Assembly: GCA_002633005.1 (NCBI GenBank) | Contig: NMRA01000239.1 | Span: forward strand, 1-64,000 | Direction of reading: 5' to 3' | Length of the DNA: 64,000 bases | From: Phoronis australis | Taxonomy: Eukaryota > Animalia > Phoronida | Shown here: positions 63,495 to 64,000 of the stretch, piece by piece | Layout: each line of letters starts with the position of its first letter | Numbering within the stretch: position 1 is the first letter of the stretch | Made by a program: the position numbers and the translations under genes | Notes under the pieces: generated by a model | The model's input: only the letters and a program-made list of their open reading frames with translations | Database searches by the model: none | What the model was told of the DNA's origin: nothing

Positions 63495-63580
63495 GTATGC
63501 AGCCAAATATTGCAATGTAGAAATGCTGCAGAGTTTGATTGACCGTGAAGCTGATGTCAATTTTCTCGATAAAGAGACTG
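63495..63580 (+). CDS. Ankyrin-repeat protein 2, coding exon 2
   Basis: ctttcag|G TAT GCA GCC...ACT G|gtaaga; WYAAKYCNVEMLQSLIDREADVNFLDKET completes an ANK repeat in the correct phase. Confidence 0.88.
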
Positions 63581-63799
63581 GTAAGAGTCAGCGTTATACT
63601 GATTTGATGCTATAACAGTGCTTTGAATTGGAGTTTTAACATTCTCGTGGTTTGTTTTGCTACCACCTTTTCCATTTCATTTATCCACTAAGTTTCTCAT
63701 TTTGTTTTGAGTTGCTTGGCATAAGTTACCACCATTATGCAGTTTGTGGAAGTTTTCATTTCTGATTTAAATAATTTGTTGTTTAAAACATTTAAAAGA

Positions 63800-63845
63800 C
63801 ACACTCTCACACACGTATACGCACACGCACACGCACACACACGCA
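63800..63845. repeat. Degenerate (CA/CACG)n microsatellite
   Basis: cacactctcacacacgtatacgcacacgcacacgcacacacacgca. Confidence 0.75.
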
Positions 63846-64000
63846 TCCACAGTTTGCAGACATGGCTATTAACAAATATGTAAGCTGCAACAACTCTGAC
63901 TCTTACATTGAACTCTTTAGGTTGCACACCATTGTATCGCGCCATTATAACCAACAACACAGAGATCTGTCGAAAGCTGATACATGCTGGTGCGGACGTC

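Overview
AT-rich, intron-rich eukaryotic DNA, probably from a marine invertebrate (lophotrochozoan-like; species not determinable). It is a draft assembly with single-N joins at 11081 and 43817 and a gap at 45119-45591. Most ORFs in the supplied track are spurious. Manual splicing gives four genes: (1) a complete 10-exon cytoplasmic dynein 1 light intermediate chain gene (+, 29146-42844, 478 aa) with one U12-type intron, whose 3' part is repeated at 43818-46288, most likely an uncollapsed second haplotype; (2) a two-coding-exon ankyrin-repeat gene with a disordered tail rich in signalling motifs (-, 52463-49963, 428 aa); (3) the 5' part of a second ankyrin gene (+, from 62119, runs off the window); (4) an unrecognised 4-exon gene for a small secreted Cys-rich protein with two reduced VWC/pacifastin-like modules (+, 13644-19820, 199 aa). 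Also present: a decayed, intron-containing THAP-domain pseudogene (-, 1489-549), two MITE families sharing 5-bp RRAAC target-site duplications, a micro-MITE cluster, degenerate hammerhead-like motifs, minisatellites next to splice sites, and microsatellites. All calls were made by eye; no searches were run.
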